Shown in pieces: positions 20,450-29,747 of a stretch of 64,000 bases of DNA (position 1 is its first letter; the number at the start of each line of letters is the position of its first letter). Source of the DNA: a virus. The notes beneath the pieces are model-generated. The model was not told the origin of the DNA and made no database searches. It was given only the letters and a program-made list of their open reading frames with translations. Position numbers and translations under genes: made by a program. The stretch lies in IMG/VR virus record IMGVR_UViG_3300043811_000226; one strand, written 5' to 3'.

Positions 20450-21223
20450 TCAGTTCTCGGCGGAGGCTTCGGAGGGCGCCTTCTTCTTACCGCCCTTCTC
20501 CTTCTTCTCCCCATTCGAGGCTTCGTCCTTGTCCTCATCCTTGGTCGTGACCTTCACCTTCTGCACCACGGTGAAGTCGGCGACGTCGAACTTGCCCATG
20601 CCCTGACTGCGGTCGGCGCCGATGCCGTCCTCCTGACCGAACGTGAGCATCTCGACGATGTCCTTCTCGCCGAGGTAGCGTGAGTCGCTCGGGTGGGTCT
20701 TGAGCACCCAGATCTCGAAGGTGAGCTCGACGCCCTCGCAGTAGTCGACCTTCTTCAGGGCCGTGCGCGGGCCCAGCGGCGTCTGCACGTGGATGGGACC
20801 TTCCTCGTTGCCGTCGGGCTCCTTGCGGTCGAGATAGTGGCGCTGGCCGCCATCCATGGCCTTGATCTCGAAGCCGTGCTGGAGCAGGTCTTTCGACCCG
20901 CGCTTGTTCTTGGTGAAGCGCAACATGGTCGCGCACTCCTTGAAGAGCGCCTTGATCTGCCGCGATTCGATGAACAGGCCCTTCTCCGGGTCGGCCTTGA
21001 ACGTGTTCCAGCTCTTCTCGGTGACCTTGTCGGTCAGGTCCTTGAGCGCTTCCTGGGTCTGGACCTCGGTCTGCTTGTCGTCGAAGCCGGTGCCGGCCTT
21101 GATCCAGTCCTTGATGAGGTCCGGGTTCTTCGGGAAGCCGCCGCAGATCTTCTCGCGGAAGCGGACGGTCACCTTGTAGATGTCGTAGAGAGCGCGGGAC
21201 GAGAAGTCGTGGGTCGTGGTCAT
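20450..21223 (-). CDS. solitary Cas7/Csm3-like RAMP-superfamily protein
   Basis: N-terminal strand YKVTVRFREKICGG, IESRQIKALFKECA (IPGSSLKG-like), C-terminal G-rich loop GIGADRSQGMGKFDV; AGGAG RBS. Confidence 0.8.
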   Translation of the reverse strand: MTTTHDFSSRALYDIYKVTVRFREKICGGFPKNPDLIKDWIKAGTGFDDKQTEVQTQEALKDLTDKVTEKSWNTFKADPEKGLFIESRQIKALFKECATMLRFTKNKRGSKDLLQHGFEIKAMDGGQRHYLDRKEPDGNEEGPIHVQTPLGPRTALKKVDYCEGVELTFEIWVLKTHPSDSRYLGEKDIVEMLTFGQEDGIGADRSQGMGKFDVADFTVVQKVKVTTKDEDKDEASNGEKKEKGGKKKAPSEASAEN

Positions 21224-21258
21224 GAGGTTGTTCTCCTAGGTGGGGGAAAAAGGAAGAA

Positions 21259-22037
21259 GGATAGGCAGGTATCGGCGTGGCCTGTCGCACGGAAGGGGTG
21301 CGGTTGGGCATGTCACGCAGGTGAGGCGAGCATCGGCGTAGATAGTCGCGAGGGCTTGTCCAAAGTCGACTTGTGTTGTCACAAGGGATTGGTGCAGATG
21401 GTCACGAGGCTTGGACGGACGCGGATAGTCGTGATGGCCCGTGACGGGTTGCTTCGGCATGTCGCAACGGTGTGACTAGTACTGGTCCGCGGCAGGTGTG
21501 GTCAGTCGCGGCGGCTTGAGTCGGCACGGCATGTCGCGCGGTTGGGTAAGGTGTGGTTAGTCGCCGAGACGAGGAAGGTCCTGGGTTGCGATGGGTAGTC
21601 GCCGTGGTTTGTTACGAGACGAATCGGCATGTCACCAAGGCAAAGGTTGGCGCGGCATGTCGCATCGGCGGGATATGGGAAGGCACGTCGCAACGGATAG
21701 AACAGGTTCGTCGCATGTCGAGGTGCGGTCCAGTTTGCCGCTACGGCAGGGGCGAAGTTAGAAACGGATCGTCGCGAAGACGTAGCTCAGGAAGGCAGGT
21801 CACCTAGACGAGAAAGGGATGACCAGTCGCGAAGGGGAGGACTGAAGAGACGAGGCATGTCGCGTGGTCCAGCATGCGTCGGATCGGCCCGTCGTGCAGG
21901 CGTGAATGGACTAGGTATGTCGCGAGGTCGGGATAGGGCTGGCTTGTCGCGCAGACTCGAGTGGGAATGGACTGTCGCCTGGTTCGGTAGGAAGTGGACT
22001 GTCACTACGGGACGGGTAGGGTTGGCTTGATTGTCCC
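21259..22037. repeat. pentamer-register repeat array, upstream of the RAMP gene; candidate guide-RNA array
   Basis: 25 anchors from 21284 to 22001; 22 of 24 spacings equal 2 or 3 mod 5; e.g. GGTTG GGTAA GGTGT GGTTA GTCGC at 21540-21564. Confidence 0.9.
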
Positions 22038-23277
22038 GTCAGTGAGATCGACGAACCCGACGAAGTAATACCTCCATCCCATGCCGTGCTCGGTGTCCTT
22101 GGGGTACTTCTCCGGCGGCTCCGTGAATGTGCAGCCCTCACCCACCTTCAAGAACTGCAGGTGGCCAAGGCTCGCGCTGTCCATGGCGATGTTCTGGAAT
22201 GCGGCCCATGTACCACCGCGCTCGCGCATCTGCTCGAGCGCTTCTTCTGCAGGCGTAGCGTCTCCCAGAAGAGGGTGCGGCTTGATCACGGAGAGGCCCT
22301 CAAGGCCGTGAGCAGCCGGTCGTACTTTAGGTACACCGACTCAATGCTCTCATCGGAGTTACGTAGACCTGCGTAGAAGCGAACACCTACGTCATCGATA
22401 ACGACCTGATCGATCTCTGTGCGCTCCACGTCTCCAAGGGCTTCTTCGAGCACCGAGTCACGCGACGAGTCAAGAAAGAGAAGTACCTCCTCCTGCTCGA
22501 ACGTCGCCAGCTCCGACGTGTTGAGCACATCTTCTAGATCAGCGTTCTCGTAGTAGCAACAGGCGGTGTCGTCGGCGAAGAACATGTCCCAGAGCCCGTC
22601 GTCCTTGCTCCGAACCATCTGAAAGAGCTCTTGACGTACAAGCAGCTTCTGGATGTTCTCCTTGCTGAGATCGACGACCGCGACTCCGTGCCATCCAAGA
22701 GTGGCGCCGTCCGTAGCACTCACTTCCAGAATGAACTTCATCAGAGTCTCCCTTCTGCGCGTATGCGCTGAACTTCCTTCGCGACGGCGATGAAACCCTT
22801 GGCGAGAAATGACTGTGTCCTACGCAGCTCACCCCACGAGGCAAGCCGTATGCGTATGCCGGTACCGCGCCTGTAGACCTCCCACAACTTCTTTGCGAGG
22901 CGTTCTACGCGTGCTTCCTCGAGCTTCTTGTTTGTCTTTTTGGCGGTCCTGTTCAACGGCATGATGAGCTCCTACAGGCGCCCCTCAGCGCGCAGCTTCT
23001 TCATGATGTCGGCGATGTCGAGGCACGAGTCGAGCCTGGAGAGCTCCCCGCGCTGAAAGAGCAGCTCGGTCACCTCGGCGGCGCTCGCGCCTTGCCCAGG
23101 GCCGTTGGTCTTGGACGCATCGCGCCACGCACGCAGGACCTTCTCCTCATAGGTCTCCCCGGGCCGGGTGGGAGTGAGGGTTGCCGCGGTCTTCTTTTTC
23201 ACGACCTGCGGGATGTAGTCGCGAGCACGCATAGAGCGAGGCGAGATGTCTTCGGATGGAACAGTACGAACGCGCAT
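22005..23277 (-). other. four hypothetical CDSs (22005-22289, 22286-22741, 22741-22962, 22972-23277)
   Basis: Coupled ORFs; the last two both end in RAEGRL. Confidence 0.6.
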
Positions 23278-23300
23278 GGTGGGTTGGGTCTCCTCAAAGT

Positions 23301-23329
23301 TCTTTTACCGTGCAGCATGCCAGAGTTGC
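23301..23329 (-). promoter_or_regulatory. phage bipartite promoter-like motif
   Basis: GCAACTC-N-CGGTAAAAGA followed by GAGGAG. Confidence 0.5.
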
Positions 23330-23380
23330 AGAGGCTAGTGAACAACGTACAGGGCCGAAGCCCCGACGCTGCTCAAGGTA

Positions 23381-23965
23381 CTACGTGGCCCTCTTCCCAT
23401 TCAGATGTTGTCCCGCCGTAGGTGGCTGGTACGCGCGCAACCTTCTGATGAGCGCCAGCTCTTGAAGGTCCAGCTCTAGAGACGAGGGCAGCCCTGCAAG
23501 TGCGGGTGCGTGTTCGATGATGGACTTCTTCCGCGACTTCATCCGCGGAGTGATCGACAGCTGCTCGAGCTGTCCATCCGCAATAAGAGCCTTGTACTGC
23601 GCATCTTTCTCCAACAGCTCGCGCACACGCTTGATGGTGCTTTCCGCCGCCGGTTTTCCCTCTCTGAGATGTCGCAACGTACAACGCGCAACGCCAAGCT
23701 GCTTGGCGACCATGCCCCAGCTTACCTCTTTAGTCTTCAACGAAGCGATTTGCTGCGCAAGGCTACTAGTACCGTTAGCGCGTACTTTGGTCGCCGCTTT
23801 TTGTGTAGAGGAGAAGTACTTGTTCGCGGCCAAGTACGCCGACTCTTTTTCCGCCGCAGTGAGCTCCATCTTACTAATGGCCCGCCGTGCACCGGCATTG
23901 CCACTGTACACGCCGGCCTTCAGTCGGCTCTTGAAATCATCCAGCGTCAACCTTGTGTGATTCAT
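23381..23965 (-). CDS. HTH-containing DNA-binding protein (Cro/C1-like)
   Basis: SWGMVAKQLGVARCTLRHLREGK. Confidence 0.6.
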   Translation of the reverse strand: MNHTRLTLDDFKSRLKAGVYSGNAGARRAISKMELTAAEKESAYLAANKYFSSTQKAATKVRANGTSSLAQQIASLKTKEVSWGMVAKQLGVARCTLRHLREGKPAAESTIKRVRELLEKDAQYKALIADGQLEQLSITPRMKSRKKSIIEHAPALAGLPSSLELDLQELALIRRLRAYQPPTAGQHLNGKRAT

Positions 23966-24369
23966 CGTACTCTCCTTGGTGGTTGTTGGTGCGGTGTTAC
24001 TCCTAGTCTAGTAGCGAGGTAGTCCTGCACTTTGCGCAGCTCGCTGGTGTACAACATGGTCTGTTGGCGGGATACGCACTTCCCCTTGGAGGCGGTATCT
24101 ACTACCGTCTTATCGTTGCGCAGTCCAAGTGCACTGATGGCACCAGAGACTTGCGCCACGGTTAGGGCGTCAGCAGGCCACCTCGGCCCGAACAAGGACC
24201 TACCAAGGTGGTAAGCCATCTCGGAAAGGTTCATGAACCAGCGAAGCTGGCAGCGGTTAGGCCGCACAGTTACTGGTTGTGGCGGCGCTTTTGGTGGCCT
24301 GTTGTGCTTGCAGGGACAGTGCGGCAACTTGTGCTTGCAGCACGGGCACAGTCGACGTTTCGCGGCCAT
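23962..24369 (-). CDS. hypothetical protein
   Basis: GAGGAGG RBS. Confidence 0.55.
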   Translation of the reverse strand: MAAKRRLCPCCKHKLPHCPCKHNRPPKAPPQPVTVRPNRCQLRWFMNLSEMAYHLGRSLFGPRWPADALTVAQVSGAISALGLRNDKTVVDTASKGKCVSRQQTMLYTSELRKVQDYLATRLGVTPHQQPPRRVR

Positions 24370-24437
24370 GTGGGCCTCCTCGGGAATAGTTGTGGCTGTA
24401 GTGATGGCTGTAGGGAGAAGAAGAACCTCTCCATCAC

Positions 24438-24467
24438 TCTTTTACCCGAGGAGTGTTGTATTTTTGC
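24438..24467 (-). promoter_or_regulatory. phage bipartite promoter-like motif
   Basis: GCAAAAA-N-CGGGTAAAAGA. Confidence 0.55.
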
Positions 24468-24469
24468 TG

Positions 24470-25900
24470 CTACTGCAGCACCACCAAGTACTTCGAGCAG
24501 CGCGTGATGGCCGTGTAGATCCAGCGCTTCCAGTCGTCGTACGAGATGCGGTTCGGCTTCTCGGCCACCACCACAACGTGCTCGAATTGGCTGCCTTGGG
24601 CTTTGTGGCAGGTCAAGGCATAGCCGTAATCAAGCAGCAGCCCCACCTGGCTCCAGTTGTTCGGCCGATGTCCAGTGGCCGCGTGGTACTCATTGAAGTC
24701 CTTGAAGGTGGTCGGGTGGCCGAACTGCGGCGCGCTGATGCTGCCCGACACTTCAATCTCGTCATCCTCGAAGAGAACGCGCCCTTCGTAGACGTACCGA
24801 GCGCTTTCCTCGATCTCCTGGATGGTGCCGCGCATCCCGTTGAAGATAGTGGCGTCGGTATTGCGGAGACAGATGACCTGGTCGTCGACTTGTGGAGGAT
24901 CAGCCCATGACGACTCCCAGCGCGTAACACGCGCTCGGTTGTTCAAGTCAACGCGAGTCTCATTCTTGTAGCAAAGCATCGCCACGTCGTCGTAGCGCAC
25001 GCCCGGCGCCGTGAAGAGCTTCTGCGCAACCTCGTTGACCTGGTTGTGCTCGAGCACCTGCACCTCTTCGCAGTCGGCCATCCTCGGTACCTGTCCCGTA
25101 CGCCGCACGAACTCGCTGAGCGCGAGGATGGGGCTGTCCTCAGCTTGCCTGTGGATGGTCTCGAGCTTCAGGTGCGGCTTGTCCATCAGGCTGAAGCTGC
25201 CGAAGACCGGTGGCAGCTGCCCGTGATCGCCGACCGCGAGTATGGGGATGCCGTAGCTCTGGAGGTCGGTGAAGAGCTCCTCGTTGAGCATCGAGGCCTC
25301 GTCGACGACGATGAGGTCGTAGGGCAGCCTCTGGCGCTTCTTCCATCCGCGAATGCCTCCCGTCTTCTCGTTCGGGATGGGGTAGTAGATAAGGCTGTGC
25401 AGGGTGCCGATGTCGAAGGCGCCCTTGACGATATTTGCCTCGTAGAATTTCTTTCTTAGTACCGACGTCGCCTTGCCGGTGAAGGCGCAGAAGGCGGCCT
25501 GCACATCGAGGTACTTGTTGGCGAACACCGAGAGCAGCGTGCTCTTACCCGTACCTGCGTAGCCGCCGACCTTGAGCAGGTCGCTCTCCTTTCGCTCATA
25601 CCATTTGCTCATGGTGTCGAAGACCTCCCGTTGCTCCTTCGAGAGGCTGTTCTCGGTGAGCTTGCCGCCCATCTTGCGCTCGACCTCGTTGAGCAGCTCA
25701 TGCGGCTTCTTGTCCGTCTTGGGGACGAACTTGAACCGGTAGTCGCTGGTGGGCTTGTCCTCCTTTGGAGGCGTCTCAAAATCAGGCGTGGGAGCCCCAG
25801 TGTACGGGTTTGTATACTTGCTCTTGGTAACGCTGGCAGCGTGCTGCCTGAACGAGCCAACCGCATTGAAGTTCGACTTGTCGTTCTTACCGAAACTCAT
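24470..25900 (-). CDS. SF1B helicase (Dda/RecD2-like)
   Basis: GYAGTGKST, DEASM, GDHGQLPPV, YALTCHKAQGSQF, YTAITR. Confidence 0.93.
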   Translation of the reverse strand: MSFGKNDKSNFNAVGSFRQHAASVTKSKYTNPYTGAPTPDFETPPKEDKPTSDYRFKFVPKTDKKPHELLNEVERKMGGKLTENSLSKEQREVFDTMSKWYERKESDLLKVGGYAGTGKSTLLSVFANKYLDVQAAFCAFTGKATSVLRKKFYEANIVKGAFDIGTLHSLIYYPIPNEKTGGIRGWKKRQRLPYDLIVVDEASMLNEELFTDLQSYGIPILAVGDHGQLPPVFGSFSLMDKPHLKLETIHRQAEDSPILALSEFVRRTGQVPRMADCEEVQVLEHNQVNEVAQKLFTAPGVRYDDVAMLCYKNETRVDLNNRARVTRWESSWADPPQVDDQVICLRNTDATIFNGMRGTIQEIEESARYVYEGRVLFEDDEIEVSGSISAPQFGHPTTFKDFNEYHAATGHRPNNWSQVGLLLDYGYALTCHKAQGSQFEHVVVVAEKPNRISYDDWKRWIYTAITRCSKYLVVLQ

Positions 25901-26297
25901 GCAGCCTCTCTTCCAGGAGTCCTAGCAGCCATGTGACGACGTCGTACTGTATCTTGAGGCCGATGTCGCGCGGCGTGTACCGGTTGGGCATCGTCAGCAC
26001 GGACGCCACGAGCTGCACAGGCGGTATGCGTGCCACCGTGTACACGTCCAGAACGTGCCCTCGTGGCGTGACGCACCACGAATGCTGGGCACCAACCTCG
26101 TAGATGCCGTCGACCACCTCGAGGGTCTTGCCTATCTGCTTGTGGATGCGCCTCGAGACGACACGAGCCAGCTCGTGGCAGCGAATGTACTCACCGCTCC
26201 TGTCGAGCCGAGGCATCACGCCGACGATCCGCGTTGCCTCGTGAAAGATCAGCAGGTCCTCGTGGGTGAAGACTTCGTGTTCGCTGTAGGTCTTCAT
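25887..26297 (-). CDS. hypothetical protein with possible Cys-His-Asp (transglutaminase-like) triad
   Basis: RCHELAR...QHSWC...VLDVY. Confidence 0.4.
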   Translation of the reverse strand: MKTYSEHEVFTHEDLLIFHEATRIVGVMPRLDRSGEYIRCHELARVVSRRIHKQIGKTLEVVDGIYEVGAQHSWCVTPRGHVLDVYTVARIPPVQLVASVLTMPNRYTPRDIGLKIQYDVVTWLLGLLEERLHEFR

Positions 26298-29035
26298 TCT
26301 TCGCAGGCGTGTGGGTTGGGAGACGGGTTACCGACTTTGCGCTCGTACTCGCACGCCAGGCACACCTCCGGCGCAACGAAGAGTTTCTTCAACGCCTCGT
26401 TGGTCTTGATGCGCACCTCTTCTCGAGCGGGAGTTGAATCCTCCGAGTAGAAGCTGATGTGAAACGAGTCCGGCGTGCACCAGAACTTGCCCCCGAACCC
26501 TAAGCGGCCCATGAAGCGAAACTCTGTCGTCTCGTACGGGTTCTCGCTCCAGGCTACATGCCGTTGTACAAAGTACTCTCGGTTACTCTCAGGCGCGCCT
26601 GCGTTTGCTACCAGCGCGCTGTAAACTTTGTCGAACAGCTCATGAGTCCTTGGTCGCTGAAGCGGCATGTGATCCTACTTCTCCTTGATGACGATCTTGC
26701 TCCACACGATGAGCACGTGGTCGGGGCTAGGGGGTTCGTCTTCTTTGTACTCGCCGAGCCACCACTCGGGACCGAGCATCCTGGCCTCGGTCTCGTCGAC
26801 CTTGTTCTCGAAGCGCAGACCGCCACAGTTGACGTTCCGCTTCCAGCGCTTGCCGACGGTCTTGCCTGTTGGAATCGACGTCGAGTACTCGCCAAGAGAG
26901 TCGAACTCCGCTTGCGTCAGTTCCACCAACCGTGGCGATGATGACATAGGTCTCTCCTGTTGCCGCCGTGAAAGACGCACCGACGAGGTTCATTCCATCG
27001 AACATCTTCTCGTAGATCTGCAGCGTGACACTGGCATCCTCCGGCGCGTAAAGCTGCAGCTGGTGCTGACCGTAGTTCTGTGCGAACTGCAAGAGCTTGC
27101 CTTGCTGGCGCACTTTGAACTCCACGGATGTGAAGCTGCCGATGGTCCCGTCCCAAAACCCGCTCGGGATGGAGACGGACGGGTCGATCATCTTGCGTTC
27201 GGTCTCCCGAACGAGATTCGCAAACTTATCCTCCGGCGTCAGATGAACGATGGAGCGTTCAACCATCTCCGGCGTCAGAGCGGTCATTCTTCTTGATCTG
27301 GGCAAGTTCTTCCTCCTGCTCCTTCGCCTTTCGCTTCTCGTACTCCTCGATCATGTTCTTGTAGCGTCTTAGGGTGAGGGTGCTACCGAAGCCCATCATC
27401 CTGAGCTGCGTTTCTCGGAGCAGCTTGTTCTTCTCCTTGAGGAGAGGAAGCGCGTTCTGGATGCCCTGACGACCGAGCATGTTGATAGTGTTGAGCAGGT
27501 GCCGGTCGTCCATCAACTCAATGCGCGTGATGCGGCCGTTCTTGCTGCGCCAGTAGTGCGGGTCCTTGAGTTTCGGCTTCGTCTCCTCGTCGTAGTGCTG
27601 AAGAAGCTCGGCAAGTTCGGCGCCATCGTTGTAGTAATCGCTCATCTCTCCCATTGTTTACTCCCCGTAGAGCACCTTGCGGATGGAGTCGATGCGCGAA
27701 AAGAGCTGCTCCATGATGACCATGGTACTTCCTCCCTCATGGTTGTGGGGGGAGAGCCAGTCGTAGAGCTCTTCCAGCGACCGGCAGAGAAACTCGAGGT
27801 CGCTGCGGTACGGTGGGAAGTGCGCCGGCGCGTAGAGGTTCAGACGCTTCTGCAACTCCGCCCAGGACTCCGGCGTGATCTGCCCTGCCTGACTCTCCTG
27901 CATGACCTGCCACGCGCTATTGGCCACCATGGCTGCGATGCGGTAGCTGCGGAGCAGCGTGACAATCTTCTCGGCGCTCTTCTGCGTACCAACCTGCATA
28001 ATGAAGGCGCCCATCTGGGCTTCGTCGAGCTTCTCGAGGTCCCGGATCTCGCCTTCCTTCATCCACGTCGTTCGGCTCATGGAGTCTCCTTGGATGCCTG
28101 ATACAAATCCCAGCAAGGTGTGTGGTACACCGCACCAATCTTGCTCCAGCACGAGTAGCTGCCTGGCAAGATCATGGTGCGACACAGCTGGCACTTGACC
28201 GGCTGCGATAGAAGAACCCTTCTCGGGACCTCTTTGGTTGTGGACTGCGCCGTGCGCCTCGCGCGGACCTCGGCAGCTACTTGCTCCTCACGCGCGCGCC
28301 TTGTGGCGGCAGCAAGCATGTCGTTGATAGAAGAGAGGTCCGAGAAGATGTCTGAGAAGTCTACCGATGGCGGAGGAGGCTTGGGTGAGTTCATGTCGAG
28401 CAGCTTGTGCTCGACAATGAGCTTGCAGGCGATGACGGCCATCGAACGCTGCTCCTCCCCTTCGGGCAGTCCGTTGACCATCGCGAGCAGTCGTCGGACC
28501 CGCTCTCTGTAGTCGGGCACGGCTACTGAAGCTGCGCGCGCGCGGCGACCTTCAACATCTCGGAGACGGCCTTCAGGATTTCTGGCAGGCTGCATTCGCT
28601 GTCTGCGTCATGCGTCCTGGCGTGTGCCTCCGCCTCGCGAGCGAACTCCTCTGCCGCAGTGGTCAGCTCGTCGGCGTTGAAGCCGTGCAAGAGGCCAGGC
28701 ATCTTCTTCTGCACTGCTTCCAGAAATGGCTTGGCCTCCCAGCTGTCACCCGAAGCATCCATGATCCGGTTGAACAGTGCCTTCGTTCGAGGGTTGAACT
28801 TGAGCGCCGCGGGATGAGCACCCTGAGGGCGTAGATGTCCTGGTAGCGCAGACAATGGGTTCTCTTCTCGGAGAACCCCGAAGAGGATCGATCCATCGTC
28901 CTGGTCATGCAGCTGGAAGGTGTAGCCGTCCGCATCCAGCTTGTTCGCCGCCGTCTCGATGGCCGCGGCATACGTCGGCATCTTCTTGTTGTACTGCACA
29001 CCGACGACGCGAAACTTCTTCTTCTCTGAGGTCAC
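26294..29035 (-). other. run of hypothetical CDSs (26294-26668, 26675-26947, about 26727-27287, 27259-27654, 27658-28080, 28077-28595, 28523-29035)
   Basis: RBSs and ORF packing; some starts uncertain. Confidence 0.5.
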
Positions 29036-29063
29036 TGGCTCCTCCTTGGGGGACAGAGCGCGC

Positions 29064-29747
29064 TCAGCGCTCCATGGTTCTTATCCCGCAACCCCGCAAA
29101 GAACTAGCACTGAGCATGCAGAGTACCCAACGGTTGCGCTTCTTCGAGTTGCACTTGCCGCAAGCCGGCACGATGTTCTCGGCCGTTGTTCCGCCTCCAC
29201 GAGAGACTGGGATGACGTGCTCCATTGTGCGCTTCAGACCCGTCCGCAAGCAGTACGCGCAGGTCCAGTTGAAGTACTCGAGGATCTCTAGCCACTCCTG
29301 CTGAGTGAGGGTAGAAGGCACGCCACGCAAAGCGGCGCGTCGTCGCTGTGTCAGAACAGCCCGCTTCTCTGCGTTACTCTTGTTGTACTTCTGTTGACTC
29401 GCCTTATGTGCTTCGGGGTGCAGCAAACGCCAGGCAATATGCCTCGCGTTGTCTGCTGCCCGTTCCTCTGCTGTCCACGCCTTACGTCTGGCACGGATCC
29501 TAGCTAGGTTGTTCTTTGCCCAGGCGTTGGCTCTCGCTCTGATCCGTACAGCGTTGGCTGCACCGTAGGCCCGCAAGCACTGCTTACACCAGCACTGCAG
29601 ACCATCCTTCCTACTCTTGTTCTTACCAAACGGGCCTAGACCGCCGCACTTGGTGCAGACCTTTACAGCAGGGTCAATAGAAAGGGTCTTGGTCGCTCGG
29701 ATTGTCCTCGCCGTATTCAACAAGGTTGTCCGCAATAGCATAGACAT
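29064..29747 (-). CDS. HNH endonuclease with N-terminal Zn finger
   Basis: CTKC...CWCKQC; CAYC...TMEHVIPVSRGG.T..NIVPACGKCNSKK. Confidence 0.88.
   Translation of the reverse strand: MSMLLRTTLLNTARTIRATKTLSIDPAVKVCTKCGGLGPFGKNKSRKDGLQCWCKQCLRAYGAANAVRIRARANAWAKNNLARIRARRKAWTAEERAADNARHIAWRLLHPEAHKASQQKYNKSNAEKRAVLTQRRRAALRGVPSTLTQQEWLEILEYFNWTCAYCLRTGLKRTMEHVIPVSRGGGTTAENIVPACGKCNSKKRNRWVLCMLSASSLRGCGIRTMER

Noticed and set aside
19929-20550. ORFs over the downstream array (19929-20183, 19942-20550, 20078-20278)
   Set aside because: No RBS; the DKP/DMP or Gly/Trp-rich translations are by-products of the nucleotide pattern; the 5-nt period is incompatible with codon structure.
19875-22037. 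Canonical CRISPR array
   Set aside because: No identical 23-47-nt direct repeats, no unique spacers of uniform length, no cas1/cas2/cas6; the constant part is only 5-10 nt.
19875-22037. TIGR-Tas-type array
   Set aside because: The adjacent protein looks like a RAMP, not a Nop-domain protein, and unit lengths vary in 5-nt steps instead of being fixed.
21236-22141. ORFs over the upstream array (21236-21460, 21502-21693, 21553-21807, 21787-22005)
   Set aside because: Same reasons: short, Pro/Arg-rich and without RBS.
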